Below, piece by piece: positions 10,882 through 22,033 of a stretch of DNA of 64,000 nt (positions are counted from its first letter, which is position 1; each line of letters begins with the position of its first letter). Source of the stretch: Candidatus Poribacteria bacterium (GTDB lineage: Bacteria; Poribacteria; WGA-4E; PCPOR2b); contig OZ244587.1 in NCBI GenBank assembly GCA_965218095.1, positions 2,592,001-2,656,000 on the forward strand. The letters run 5' to 3'. The notes under the pieces are model-generated. The model did not search any database and had not been told where the DNA came from. It saw only the letters and a program-made list of their open reading frames with translations. The translations under genes were made by a program, and so were the position numbers.

Positions 10882-12204
10882 ATGATCAGAAAAAAGATCA
10901 CAAACCAAACTGCGCATGCAGGTGTTATTGGACTCGGCTATGTTGGGCTTCCACTCGCGGCAACTATTGCGAAAGCCGGTTTTTCTGTTACCGGCATTGA
11001 TATTAATTCCCGAAAAGTTGAACAGATTCAACAGGGGATTTCTGATGTCCCCGATGTGCCTTCAGAAGATCTCGGGACTTTCGTCCAGAAGGGGCAAATT
11101 CAAGCCACAACGGACTATCGAATCCTGAGTGAATTGGATACGGTCAATATTTGCGTCCCCACGCCACTGCGCAAGAGCAAAGATCCGGATATGAGTTTTA
11201 TCATCTCCGCAGTTGACGAAATTGCGCAATATTTACGCAAAGACCAGTTGATTATCCTGGAAAGTACAACCTACCCCGGTACAACAGAAGAGATCGTACT
11301 GCCAAAACTTGAAGGAAGTGGTTTAGGGGTCGGTAAAGATTTTTTCCTTGCTTTTTCCCCGGAACGGATTGACCCGGGGAATAAGACCTACTCGACCGTC
11401 AATACACCGAAAATTGTTGGAGGCATAACCCCAGCATGCACGGAGGTCGCTCAATGCTTTTATGAGCAGTTCATTCACGAAGTTCATACGGTCTCATCAA
11501 CAAGAGCAGCAGAAATGGTCAAACTGCTGGAGAACACCTTTCGGAGTGTCAATATCGGTCTCGTAAATGAAATGACACTGATGTGTGATCGGATGGGACT
11601 GGATGTGTGGGAAATTGTCGATGCAGCAGCCACGAAGCCGTTTGGATTCATGCCATTCTATCCTGGCCCAGGGCTAGGTGGACACTGCATCCCCGTAGAT
11701 CCACATTACCTGTCATGGAAGGCAAAGACCTATGAGTTCTATGCACGATTCATTGAGCTCGCAAGTGAGATCAATGGATCAATGCCAGAGTATGTATTAG
11801 GCAAGATTACCAATGCACTCAACCATCACCGCAAAGCTATCAACGGATCAAAGATCTTGATCATGGGAGTTGCCTATAAGAAAAATGTGGGCGATGTTCG
11901 TGAATCGGCGGCTATTGATGTCATCCGCATGATTGCCCAACGTGGTGGCGAGATCTTATACCACGACCCCTACGTGCCAGAATTGGAGGTTGAAGAGCTC
12001 GGTTTGATGAATCGAAATCCCGTACACTATATGCGCCAAGAATTGACAGCGGATCTGGTCCAAAACGTTGATTGCGTGGTGATTATGACAGATCATACCA
12101 ATATCGATTACAGTTGGCTTGTTAACCATGCGGTCGTGGTTGTGGACACACGAAACGCGACAAAATCTATCACGACAAACCGGAGCAAAATCATTAAAAT
12201 TTAA
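10882..12204 (+). CDS. UDP-N-acetylhexosamine / nucleotide-sugar dehydrogenase (WbpA/WecC-like)
   Basis: GLGYVGLP, ICVPTP, ESTTYPGTT, KLLENTFR, GGHCIPVDP. Confidence 0.92.
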   Translation: MIRKKITNQTAHAGVIGLGYVGLPLAATIAKAGFSVTGIDINSRKVEQIQQGISDVPDVPSEDLGTFVQKGQIQATTDYRILSELDTVNICVPTPLRKSKDPDMSFIISAVDEIAQYLRKDQLIILESTTYPGTTEEIVLPKLEGSGLGVGKDFFLAFSPERIDPGNKTYSTVNTPKIVGGITPACTEVAQCFYEQFIHEVHTVSSTRAAEMVKLLENTFRSVNIGLVNEMTLMCDRMGLDVWEIVDAAATKPFGFMPFYPGPGLGGHCIPVDPHYLSWKAKTYEFYARFIELASEINGSMPEYVLGKITNALNHHRKAINGSKILIMGVAYKKNVGDVRESAAIDVIRMIAQRGGEILYHDPYVPELEVEELGLMNRNPVHYMRQELTADLVQNVDCVVIMTDHTNIDYSWLVNHAVVVVDTRNATKSITTNRSKIIKI

Positions 12205-12250
12205 CAGAAAACCCCCCATTTTTTGGGGCTGAAAGCTGGGGAGATTTGCA

Positions 12251-13864
12251 ATGCTTCAGATAAAAACACACATTGCTACACATCAGCTAGCTTGGATCAT
12301 CACCGAATGCGTCGGTGAAAAAGAAATCATCACATTAGCGAATCAGTGCGGTATCCTTCATGAGGGCCAACAGAGGTCAACTCTCTCAAAGGATTGGCTT
12401 GCCAATGATTTGGCGACATGTTTTTTTTATGGCGCTTTGACTGAGAAAACTGTAAGTCAGTGCCTGGGAAAAAAGGCGGAACAAGTCACTCGTCGAGTTC
12501 AGTATATGAGTGTAGAAGAAATCCGGGGCTTCTTGAGAAGCGTTGAGCAACTTCGAGAAGACGGGGAGTTTGGCGAGATCCTATGGGCGCTTTTGGCGGA
12601 TTCACGTGAGGAGGTACAACAGCACGGTTACAAATTGCTCGCCGACCATGAGCAATATCTTCCACCCCCGGTCCTGCTTCCTGATTCCAGGGACGACACT
12701 TCATCATTAGATGATGTTCAAGGGGCAGAACCGTTGGAAGTTGACACGGCAACCTCAACCGCCTCGCTACATCACGCCAGCGATCAAGAACCGCTGCCTG
12801 AATCTATGGCTCCACTTACCCGCGAACATGCGCTGATTCAGGTAACGCTCAACCCTGCAACTAGTTCAGATCCGGATCGCGAACCCCACTTGCGCGACGA
12901 ATTAAATCAACGCAAACAGGAGATCGATGAACTTCAGGCAACAATTTCGGCGTTTAGAAGTGAACATACCATTCTGCAAAACGAAAATGAGAAACTCAAA
13001 CAAAAAATAGAGGCGTTAACCGAAGAAAATCGGATTCTAAAAGGTACAGAGGTTTTAGATAAGGAAAGCGAGTTACATATCGATCAACTCAAAAGTGAGA
13101 ATAAAAACCTCAAACAGGATCTTGAAAAGTTTTCAGATCAACTCTGTAAATTTCATGAACTTCAACTACAAAAAGAAAAGATCTCGGCGGAGTTAAAATC
13201 CGTTGAGGAGGTTGCCTATCATTCACAGCAAGTGCTTGAGCGGATGAAATCAGATTTCCATTCTCAATTCTCCTATTTACAAGAGGTCAATGAGGAGTAC
13301 AAAACTGTACTAACACGGGCGCGTCAGAGAGTTACAAACCTCATTGGACAGCGAAATACTGGGAGTGGCGGTAAAAATCGCATCCTGTCAGGACAGGCAC
13401 GCGTTGGCGTCTTCGTTGATGTACAGAATATGTTCTATGCTGCAAAAGATCGCTACGCGAGACGTTTGGATTACATCAAACTGCTAGATCTCATTGTTGG
13501 CCCCAGGAACCTTGTCATCGCATACGCTTATGTCGTCCAAATCCCCGAAATTAACCAGGCTGGATTTTTGTCCCTCCTCGAACATAATGGATATACTATC
13601 AAAAGCAAGGACCTGCGGATGCGTGGCGATGGATCGGCGAAAGGAGATTGGGATGTGGGAATTGCAATCGATATCGTGTCGATGCTTGAGGCACTCGATG
13701 TCGTGATTCTGGCAAGTGGGGACGGAGACTTCTGTGCGCTTGCTGAGATGATTAAACAACACGGCAGGCGCATTGAGGTAGTTGCCTTTGAACATAATAC
13801 GTCAATGGATCTTCAGCGCGTCGCCGATCAGTTCTTTCCGATCGGGGATGAGATGTTGATCTAG
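12251..13864 (+). CDS. NYN (LabA/DUF88) domain protein with long N-terminal and coiled-coil extension
   Basis: C-terminal VFVDVQN, KGDWDVGIAID, LASGDGDF; heptad E/K/Q/L-rich region about aa 210-365. Confidence 0.85.
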   Translation: MLQIKTHIATHQLAWIITECVGEKEIITLANQCGILHEGQQRSTLSKDWLANDLATCFFYGALTEKTVSQCLGKKAEQVTRRVQYMSVEEIRGFLRSVEQLREDGEFGEILWALLADSREEVQQHGYKLLADHEQYLPPPVLLPDSRDDTSSLDDVQGAEPLEVDTATSTASLHHASDQEPLPESMAPLTREHALIQVTLNPATSSDPDREPHLRDELNQRKQEIDELQATISAFRSEHTILQNENEKLKQKIEALTEENRILKGTEVLDKESELHIDQLKSENKNLKQDLEKFSDQLCKFHELQLQKEKISAELKSVEEVAYHSQQVLERMKSDFHSQFSYLQEVNEEYKTVLTRARQRVTNLIGQRNTGSGGKNRILSGQARVGVFVDVQNMFYAAKDRYARRLDYIKLLDLIVGPRNLVIAYAYVVQIPEINQAGFLSLLEHNGYTIKSKDLRMRGDGSAKGDWDVGIAIDIVSMLEALDVVILASGDGDFCALAEMIKQHGRRIEVVAFEHNTSMDLQRVADQFFPIGDEMLI

Positions 13865-14235
13865 GAGTTGGAGGCGAGGATCCAGGAGCTAGGGCGTGTT
13901 GATAAATTATTGATGCTCTCGTTGAATTGCCAAATCTAACGGCGATCGGGATTTGGCAATTGCTCGCATCCCAATCCATCGGGACCCGATCGAGCAGAGT
14001 GAGACAATAAGCGAATTCCTTCGAATATGTCAACCTTGGTACACATCGGCAAATATGCGGTCAGTTTCAGTAGAGCGTGCCATGCTCCTCCGAGAATAGG
14101 ACCCGCTCTACGGGGAATCGTTACCTGGCTACAAACTTCTGCCGCTATGTACTAATGGGATACGGTCTCCGCAAAGTCAAATTTTCTTGAACACGAACTT
14201 CGCGCACTTCACCCCACTCCGGTGGAGAGATGAGG

Positions 14236-14733
14236 TCACGCCTCTCTACTCCTGAGTCCAATCTGCCAAAATCCAAAGAAGCAAGAGATCGGTATGCGCT
14301 CGGCAAGTTGTAACAGGATGCAGCAAGTCCCGCTCAAGGAAGTGGTCGAAAAACTGCCACCATCCAGCCAATTCTCCGACCAGCTTTGCCCGCCATCTGT
14401 AGAGGCCAATAGGACGCTTTCGAGCCCGGGTCCTGCGGTAGCGAATCCGGTGTAAAAGGCACCGTCATCTGCCATGCCAATGGGGGCGCTCCTGCCAAAC
14501 GGCACTGAAATGAACTCGGCCGGAACCGTGCGGACGGATTTTCCGTCCACGGTCACTTTTATCTGTCCTGTTTCCGGATTCACTTCTCTACTCCACTGCT
14601 CCACCACAGAGCAGCCGGTGTGCCCGCGTAAGCTCCAACCACCTTCTCCTTTCAGCAGGAACGGCTGGGGCGCGCTTAAGATCCACCCATCATCGGTGCA
14701 GATCACCGGAGAATTTTCGATTCTTGCTTTCAT
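14236..14733 (-). pseudogene. Truncated BNR/sialidase-like protein
   Basis: One Asp-box STDGGQSWS, then the frame degenerates. Confidence 0.45.
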
Positions 14734-14776
14734 GTTTTATTCCCACGAAAACATAATCTGTTTTGGCGGTTTGCAA

Positions 14777-15181
14777 CTACGTCCGATTCCTGCTGCCGAT
14801 TTCTGCCACCGCCTCGACTTCGACGAGCAGGTCAGGGTTGACCAGTGATGGCGTCGCAACCGTAGCACTGGCCGGGATATTGTTCGGGAACACTTCAGCA
14901 CGCGCCGCTGCATAGTCCGCGTACCGGCTCATGTCGGTGATGAACGCCGTAATCTTTACTACGTCGTCGAGGCTCGCGCCGGCCTCGCCGAGGACCGCTC
15001 GAACATTCTCGAACACCTAGCGCGTCTGCGCAGCCATGTCGTCCTGGCCGACTACGTTGTCTTGTGGGTCGAAAGCAACCTGTCCTGAGACATACACTGT
15101 GTTTCCCATCTGCACACCCTGGGCAATCCGGAATTTGCTCGCCCACGGCCATTGCGGGTTCAATTCGATTCGTTCTGGCAT
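14777..15181 (-). pseudogene. RidA/YjgF family protein with in-frame TAG at 15017-15019
   Basis: VYVSGQVA..AAQTR*VFEN..LDDVVK..PAS..LVEVEAVA in one frame. Confidence 0.88.
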
Positions 15182-15550
15182 CTTGCACCCCCTGGTGTCA
15201 ATTAATTTCGTCAAGTTCATTTCATCTGTCTCTTGGGATGTTATCACAAATTCCAGTGGGAAGCTATGAAAAACTTCAGGAGGTAGAAATTTTGCAATCG
15301 ATCCTGCTGGTTGAGTTTTGAGCAGTACAACCGCTTACTTCATCGTACCATGATTCCTATAATCCTCAACCGAAACGATTTATTGATTAAGCTGCTCCGA
15401 AATGGTATACTGGTAGATGAATTAAACACAATCGCAAAGGTTTGCAAACAAAACCGTGAATACCGTTGGTATGGCGGAGCTGGAACTTGCGCTAGATGAT
15501 ACGAAAAACGCCACATGGATTGAGATGTATCATTACTGGCTGGAGGCGTA

Positions 15551-16183
15551 TTGAAAGTAGGATTGCAACAATTTGGTTGGAATGGGGTGACCATTGGCTC
15601 AGGCGGCATTATCTTCTTCACGTTCTTCGGCGCATGGGCGCTGTGGCGGCAAAATCAGAAGATATGGGCGACTGCGTCCGGAGAATCGGTATCCATCCCT
15701 TGGATCATGTACACCACCGGTCTCTATCTCGCCATTGTCATCTATGGATTATCGATAAAGAGCATTGCGCTCATGATTAACGGCAGCCTCCGAATCCCAT
15801 TGTGCGTTATGATTCTGATAGGCTTATGGAAGTTTAAAGGTTTCAACAAAAAGGAATGCTCACTGTTAGCGGGCCTGTCGGTTGCGCTGGTCGGCATGAG
15901 TATGACTCCGATTAAGGATGTATTCTTCTTCGGTTTCACCCTTGGCAGTTTTGTTTTTATAGCCATGCAACCACTAGAGATGTGGCGCAACAAAAGCAAT
16001 GGGGTGTTTGAGATTCGCGTGCCTCTGGTCATGATTAGCTCGAACCTGTTCTGGATGACGTACGGTTTTGCCATACATAACTGGGTGATAAAGAGTACCA
16101 CCTTTATCTATTTCGGGATTCTTGGCACGACGATTGTGCTGTGGTATAAGTATAGGATGGGCAACAACATACACGCGAAATAA
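15551..16183 (+). CDS. PQ-loop/SWEET-like membrane protein with two repeats
   Basis: About 7 hydrophobic helices; QNQKIW..SGESVS and QPLEMWRNKS..FWMTYG repeats. Confidence 0.6.
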   Translation: MKVGLQQFGWNGVTIGSGGIIFFTFFGAWALWRQNQKIWATASGESVSIPWIMYTTGLYLAIVIYGLSIKSIALMINGSLRIPLCVMILIGLWKFKGFNKKECSLLAGLSVALVGMSMTPIKDVFFFGFTLGSFVFIAMQPLEMWRNKSNGVFEIRVPLVMISSNLFWMTYGFAIHNWVIKSTTFIYFGILGTTIVLWYKYRMGNNIHAK

Positions 16184-16417
16184 TGTTTCATAGTGTATCC
16201 ATGAAACCAGAGATGGGTTCTCTTAATTCGCCAAGATGTATGTCGACATAAGCTTACATCAGCACCTTCGCTGAACGCAGGTCAGGCAGATGTCCAGCGT
16301 GCTCCACATTCCGATGAGATTTGACCGGTGATGGAACCTTTTTACTGTTGAGGTAATTTGACTTTGTCAGATTAGAATTGAGATGCAAGTAGAGCGTATA
16401 AATGTGACATAGTCAAA

Positions 16418-17116
16418 CTAATCGCGGGATAAGAAGAGACGCAAAACGTACCAGAGCATCAGGGCGACCAAAGCGAAAAGCTCAAGGGCCGCACCAACAT
16501 GACGGTCTGCTGGATAGTGGTGCAGGACATTAGAGGTATCGTAAAGGATTGCGCCGCCGGCGAGGGCAATCATCGCCACCGAAAAGAAGGTCCCAAGTCG
16601 AAAGCCGAAGACCACACCTGCAACAATCAAGATTAACGCAACGACGAATCCCCACTTCAACAGACCACCAAGGAAGGAGAAATCCTTGCGGGTGATTAGG
16701 ACAATGGCGGTGAGCCCCCCAAAACCGAGAAGCGTCACGAGCGCCGCGCTTTCGATGACACCATCGGCATAGGATTGAGCGACGAATAGCAGCGGCACAA
16801 AGATGATGGCTTCGGCAGCGACGAAGGCAGTTAATGCTGTGTATTGCGCCGCCAAGGACCTGGTGCTGCGGGCAACTCGGCTGGCGAACCAACTCACAAT
16901 GATAAACCCGCCCAATACTAGAAGCCAGGAGGTCCCCAACATTGTCTGTGCAATAGGCCGCGCAAGACCACTGCCGAAAAGGAGCATCTCAATGCAGGCG
17001 AAACCAACGAGCGCTCCCAAAAGGTGCAGGTAGGTTCGGGTGACAAAAGCAATCCGGACATCGTCACCGAGACTCGCCACGGGCATGTCCCGATGCGTAC
17101 CGTAGGTCGTATCCAT
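16418..17116 (-). CDS. Bax inhibitor-1 / YccA family membrane protein
   Basis: RTYLHL, RKDFSFLG, ILYDTSN, AALELF. Confidence 0.9.
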   Translation of the reverse strand: MDTTYGTHRDMPVASLGDDVRIAFVTRTYLHLLGALVGFACIEMLLFGSGLARPIAQTMLGTSWLLVLGGFIIVSWFASRVARSTRSLAAQYTALTAFVAAEAIIFVPLLFVAQSYADGVIESAALVTLLGFGGLTAIVLITRKDFSFLGGLLKWGFVVALILIVAGVVFGFRLGTFFSVAMIALAGGAILYDTSNVLHHYPADRHVGAALELFALVALMLWYVLRLFLSRD

Positions 17117-17297
17117 GGTGAAATCCCCCTATTACAAGTTTTAGAAAGTCGATTTCGGACATCGGTCGGTTGCATTGAAAGCACAACCGTATCGAATTAC
17201 GATGGTTCCGACTTTTTAGATAGGCTCTTAATACAATCGGAAGGGTAAGGCGAATTTGCACTCATTCTTAACATGAGCCCGGTGGCTTTTATCGGCA

Positions 17298-18925
17298 TTA
17301 TCTCCACTCATCAATACAGACGCTATTTTGATAATCGCATCCCATCATCCGCCAATACCCATTTGTCTCCCCGCCAACGACGACCACATGAATATCACCC
17401 ACGCGAAATATAGGTATCAACTCATCTTCCGCGGCTTTAAGCCGGGTGGCATAGGGTTCCTCCCCGTTTAACGCTCGTGGGAAGACGTAGTTCTCTATCA
17501 GTTGATAATCCCAATAAACGCCAGCAGACATTGTTGCGTTATCGTGCAGCCATCGGATCAGTTTTTCCTTGGTATCGAATCCGCCCCGATTAACAAATTG
17601 TCTCGCTGTGATTGGGTCCAATACGAGCGTGGGTGGATTGTGAGGATTCATCCCCCGCAGCATGTTGGTCACATGCTCGCGCCAGTGCTTCTCTCGCAGC
17701 CCCAGATTGAATGTGGTGGATCGACACCCCGTAAAGACACTTACCACGCTGTCTTCCGGTTTAAAGCCATGCTGCACATGAAATGGCTCCCACGGACTCC
17801 GTTCCTCATTCTCGGCAAAGGTGATGCTGTTATAAGCATAGCTGTTTCCCTGCGACCCCATATACGTCCGTCCCGGATCAGATCCGCCCTGCAGATTCTG
17901 AGACAGCAAACCGTATGCTCTCCCAATGGCAGCGTTGGCGTGATTGTACGGTCCCATCGCCCCGATTTCCCAGTTCATCCTAATTTCATGGCGAACCGGC
18001 CCATTCACCACCACCATGGCGGCCATTGAACTGGTCGTACTGCCTCGTGCGGTGACTCTAGTCGATGCCAGGGCGAGGATTACCGGAAAATACGCCGGGC
18101 TTGCGCCTGCCATCACCGCATTGATGGCAACCTTCTCCACCGTGTATTCCCAGGCTTCCCATGTCGACGTGGGCCGCATCTGGCCGACCACCTCATCCGG
18201 GCGATGACTCGTCCCCGCCAGCATCTGAGCCACCCGTTCTTCGGTTGGGAGGACAATTGGCAGCGTATCCGTCCACTGATTCTCCAAAAAGAGACGATGC
18301 AAGTTCTCCACCGTATCCGGTTTAACGAAGCGTGGCGTCGATCGATCAAAACTGACTTTTTGCGTGTCCGCTTCGTTCAGCGGCTGGGTCAGCGCGTCGA
18401 TCACCTCCGTCATAACCGGGCGACCGGTGACAGAGTCGTTTCCGTCTATGTACGCCCGTAGCTCGGCCGGGGACTTGCCCATGACCGGCTGGGGGACGAA
18501 GACGAACCGCTGGTGCGGCATACCTTTCGCGTATGCAACCTGCTGAACCACGTCCTTGAAGGATTCCGTCTGGATGGAGGCTGTGGGAACACTGTACTCA
18601 CTTTCCAGCGTGATGCAGTGCTCGGCGACCGCCGGCGCACACGTGCTTCAGTGGCCTACGGCGATGACCGCCGCATCTCCCTGCTGCTTGATTTCCTCGA
18701 ACAACGCTGCATCTCGTTCCGTATACACGCCAGACTTTCGCCGGAATTCTGCCCTCACGTGCGGCATGTGCTCGGTGAACCAGGCCTGCATCTGCTGCAT
18801 CAGAATGTCGCCATCGTCAAATCGGCAGTCGACTAGATACACCGTTTTGCCATCTAAGCGATTCAGCCGTGGTGTATCGTGGGCGGATAACCCATGGGGT
18901 TAAGGACCACGATTTTCTCGCTCCC
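17298..18925 (-). CDS. UGSC-family selenoprotein (in-frame UGA at 18648-18650); 5' end damaged
   Basis: ORFs 18648-18842 and 17298-18551 are in frame via GH-UGA-STCAPAV; LPIVLPT, VEKVAINAVMAG, ENEERSPW; frameshift near 18872. Confidence 0.75.
18618..18640 (-). promoter_or_regulatory. SECIS-like stem-loop after UGA
   Basis: GTGC-GC-CGGC-GGTC-GCCG-A-GCAC starting about 7 nt after the UGA, G-containing apical loop. Confidence 0.6.
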
Positions 18926-19102
18926 GCTTGCAGTTAATCCAGCACTCCCTTGTTCCTGAATCTCTCCCGAAACCCGTCAATGTTCCCTGTCGCGTCAAAG
19001 TATAAAGGGGGAAGAAAGTATAATAACCTTTCTTCCTTGCCTTCCCTCTTTCTAAGTCTCGAAAGCATCTATAAGAAAGTGACATTTTCTTTTTTGGTTT
19101 TA

Positions 19103-19917
19103 GGTTCTGTTGACATTTCAAGGGAGCCATATAAGAGTGGAGACAAAGCTGAGAAATCCAAAATAACGGATAGCTAACTTCTCGAACCGAGAGAAGATGC
19201 GGCGATACCATTTTATCTTGTTAATGAAACATTCAACCCGATGTCCCTCTTTGTACAGATGTTTGTCGTAATCTCTTTGATCCACACGATGACTTTTGGG
19301 CGGTATCACCGCAATCGCTCCATTCGCCTCAATAACCGCGATAAAATTGTCGGAGTCATATCCCTTGTCTCCAATCACATACTCGCTTTTATATCCAAGT
19401 ATCAACCCTTCTGCTTCCGCTATGTCGTTTCTTTGACCGGGCGTCAGATGTATTCTTAGGGGATTACCCAGGCCGTCAACGGTGATGTGATTTTTTGTAC
19501 TGAATCCCCCGCGAGAGCAGCCTAACGCTTGGTTTTCAGTGCCACCCTTTTTTTTTCGGCACCTGCCGCACACGGGTGCGCTCGAATGATTGTACTGTCC
19601 ACAATAAGCGACTCGATATCGGGGTCAGAGGCGAAGTGGTGGTGCATCTGTGTGAAGCCCCCTTTGTCGCACCACCGAGCAAACCGCTTATAGAGGGTGT
19701 TTACCATAGGTGTCTGGCAGAAGTCTCCATTGAGCACCGCTACGGGTCGCCCAGAGAACAGCTTCGATAAAGCGGCGTGTTGTCGCTTCGTTGCCAACAT
19801 AGATGGTGGGACAAGTTAGAAGAAACGAGTATATCTTTTTCCATTGGTCATCGGGTAAGGTTATTGGCATCATTCTTCTATTATGCCACAACCTTATACT
19901 CAAATGTCAACAGAACC
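19103..19917 (-). mobile_element. IS5-family (IS427-like) element, 815 bp, transposase probably inactive
   Basis: 16-bp perfect TIRs, TA duplication; LPDDQW, SGAQWRLLP, VDSTIIRAH, A-run frameshift near 19550, SRGGFSTK, GDKGYDSD, VECFINKIK; extra frameshift near 19700. Confidence 0.92.
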
Positions 19918-20882
19918 TAGTACCAGGCTGCCTTGTCCACTACGTTGCGCAGCGGCTCACCGGCGGCAAACCGACGCGCATTTTCGAGGATGACCTGAAA
20001 TCGGCGCTCCGGGATGTTCTCTGCGTCCCTCAGTGCAACGTGAGGCGTCAGCAGGACGTTTGGCAGCAGCCACAGCCGGTGATCCGCGGGCAGGGGCTCC
20101 ACCTCGAACACATCCAGCCCGCACCCGGCGATCTCACCGCGCTCGATCGCGTCCGCAAGATCATCGATTTTCATCGTCTTACCGCGACCGATGTTGATGA
20201 GGTAGGCCGTGTTCTTCATCAACCGAAAACGTTGAGCGTTCCACATCCCCTCGGTTTCCGGCGTGTGCGGCGTTGTCGCTATGACGAAGTCCGCGCTTGG
20301 GAGAAGGGCGTCCAGGTCTTCTGGCGTGTGCATCTCAACAAATGGGAGGCCATATTCCGGCCTTGGATCCACGCCGATCGCCGTCATGCCAAATTCTGTA
20401 CATAGCCGGGCGGTCTCATGGCCGATGCCGCCAACGCCAACGATCAATGCTGTCGCTTCAGCAAGGTTGATGTACGGGATTTTGGGAGCATGGGCATCCC
20501 ATCGCCGTTGTCGCTGCGCCTCGACGTAATAGGGCAGACCACGTGAGAGCGCCAGCAGAAACATCATGATATGGTGACTGATGTGGTCGGAGTAGATACC
20601 GCGCGGGTTGCAGACCACCACGGGGTGCTCGATCAGTTCCTTGTAGTAGTAGCCCGGAAAAGGGCCCGCATCCGGATTCTGAAGCCATCGCAGCTTTTTA
20701 GTGACCCGGAGCCCCTCGGGGGGCGCCCAGCCGTATGCCGCGTCGGCGTCGACGATCTCACGGCGTGCATCTTTGTCCGTCTCTGGCACGGCGACCCGAT
20801 ACTGGGAAAGGGTTTGCTGCAGGCGTGCGGCCCACTGCCGCTTGTAATCGTCCTGCGGCGGCATCATCACAAACTTGAGCAT
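19917..20882 (-). CDS. D-2-hydroxyacid dehydrogenase
   Basis: GVGGIG, PHTPET, INIGRG, LDVFEVEPL, LTPHVA. Confidence 0.92.
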   Translation of the reverse strand: MLKFVMMPPQDDYKRQWAARLQQTLSQYRVAVPETDKDARREIVDADAAYGWAPPEGLRVTKKLRWLQNPDAGPFPGYYYKELIEHPVVVCNPRGIYSDHISHHIMMFLLALSRGLPYYVEAQRQRRWDAHAPKIPYINLAEATALIVGVGGIGHETARLCTEFGMTAIGVDPRPEYGLPFVEMHTPEDLDALLPSADFVIATTPHTPETEGMWNAQRFRLMKNTAYLINIGRGKTMKIDDLADAIERGEIAGCGLDVFEVEPLPADHRLWLLPNVLLTPHVALRDAENIPERRFQVILENARRFAAGEPLRNVVDKAAWY

Positions 20883-21160
20883 GGTACACGTTCCTCCGCA
20901 ATCGTAAAGTTTTCGTACAAAACGTCTCATTTTCGGTAAAACACAATTTTTTTATTATACCACAATCTGTATCAGTCAGAACGATAGTATACAAATCGTC
21001 GAGGCGAACCCTTCGATTGGTGGGTGGTAGAGTAGTGAGTCGTAGCGGCGAAAAATCACCACTCACCTGCGTACCAATGTAAACCACCACCTTGACCAAT
21101 CATGAAAAAATGATTGAATGCCCCATCCTAGGTCTGGGACATCTTATCGAAGATAAACCG

Positions 21161-22033
21161 TTACCCTTTCAAAGTTTCTTTCAACGCCAAGAAGTGCACC
21201 ACTCCAAGCAACTTCTTTACCTCGTCAAAGCTCATCGCTTCTGTTGCCAGCCCATCCACACGTCCTGTCTGCTTCATCGTTTCACACAACTCCCGCATGG
21301 CGCGGGCGCAGACCATCAGTGACTCAATGGGACAAACGACAATCTTGTATCCAAGCTGCTCCAGTTCCTGCACGGACAGAATCGGTGTCGTGCCCCCGGT
21401 CAGCATATTGGCAAATAGCGGATAATGAACACGTTTTGGAATCTCTTCCAGTTCAGCGACGGACTGCGGGGCTTCGATAAATGCAATGTCAGCCCCGGCG
21501 TCGCAATAGCGGTTCACCCGTTCGATGGCGTCATTGAGTCCATTCATTTGGCGGGCGTCAGTACGAGCAAAGATGACAAAGTCCTTTTCCCGCTTTGCAC
21601 GAACGGCAGCTTTAATTTTGAGCGCCATTTCCTCGGTTGGAATCACCTGCTTGTCCTCGAAGTGACCGCACCGCTTGGGCATCACCTGGTCTTCAATAAT
21701 AATCCCAGCCGCGCCGGCATCCTTGAACGCCTCAATAGTGCGTTGGACATTGTGCAAGTCGCCGTGTCCCGTGTCACCATCGGCAATCACAGGGATGCCA
21801 ACACGCCTTGCCATCCGCCGGACCGCATCCGCCATCTCGGTCATGGTCAGAAAATTCAAGTCCGGCAGTCCGAGCAACGACGCACTCGTGCCAAAACCGC
21901 CGATAAAAACCGTTTCAAAACCCATCTGCTCAACAACGAGCGCACTCAACACGTCATGCGCCCCGAGGCTGCGAATGATTCCCGTCCGGGAGAGCAACTC
22001 GCGCAAGTGTTTGGCTCCATTTGTATGGGTCAT
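21161..22033 (-). CDS. Isocitrate lyase / PEP mutase family (methylisocitrate lyase-like)
   Basis: GAHDVLSA, ADGDTGHG, IEDQ..KRCGH, ARTDA. Confidence 0.9.
   Translation of the reverse strand: MTHTNGAKHLRELLSRTGIIRSLGAHDVLSALVVEQMGFETVFIGGFGTSASLLGLPDLNFLTMTEMADAVRRMARRVGIPVIADGDTGHGDLHNVQRTIEAFKDAGAAGIIIEDQVMPKRCGHFEDKQVIPTEEMALKIKAAVRAKREKDFVIFARTDARQMNGLNDAIERVNRYCDAGADIAFIEAPQSVAELEEIPKRVHYPLFANMLTGGTTPILSVQELEQLGYKIVVCPIESLMVCARAMRELCETMKQTGRVDGLATEAMSFDEVKKLLGVVHFLALKETLKG

Noticed and set aside
12205-12245. Riboswitch or terminator before the NYN gene
   Set aside because: Only short C/G-run pairing; no recognisable aptamer or U-tract.
14070-14111. GTAG-type REP (similar near 53363-53405)
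   Set aside because: Degenerate isolated copies, too weak to call without a genome-wide comparison.
15017-15019. Pyrrolysine at the RidA TAG
   Set aside because: No pyl genes or methylamine context in the window; CAG-to-TAG is simpler.
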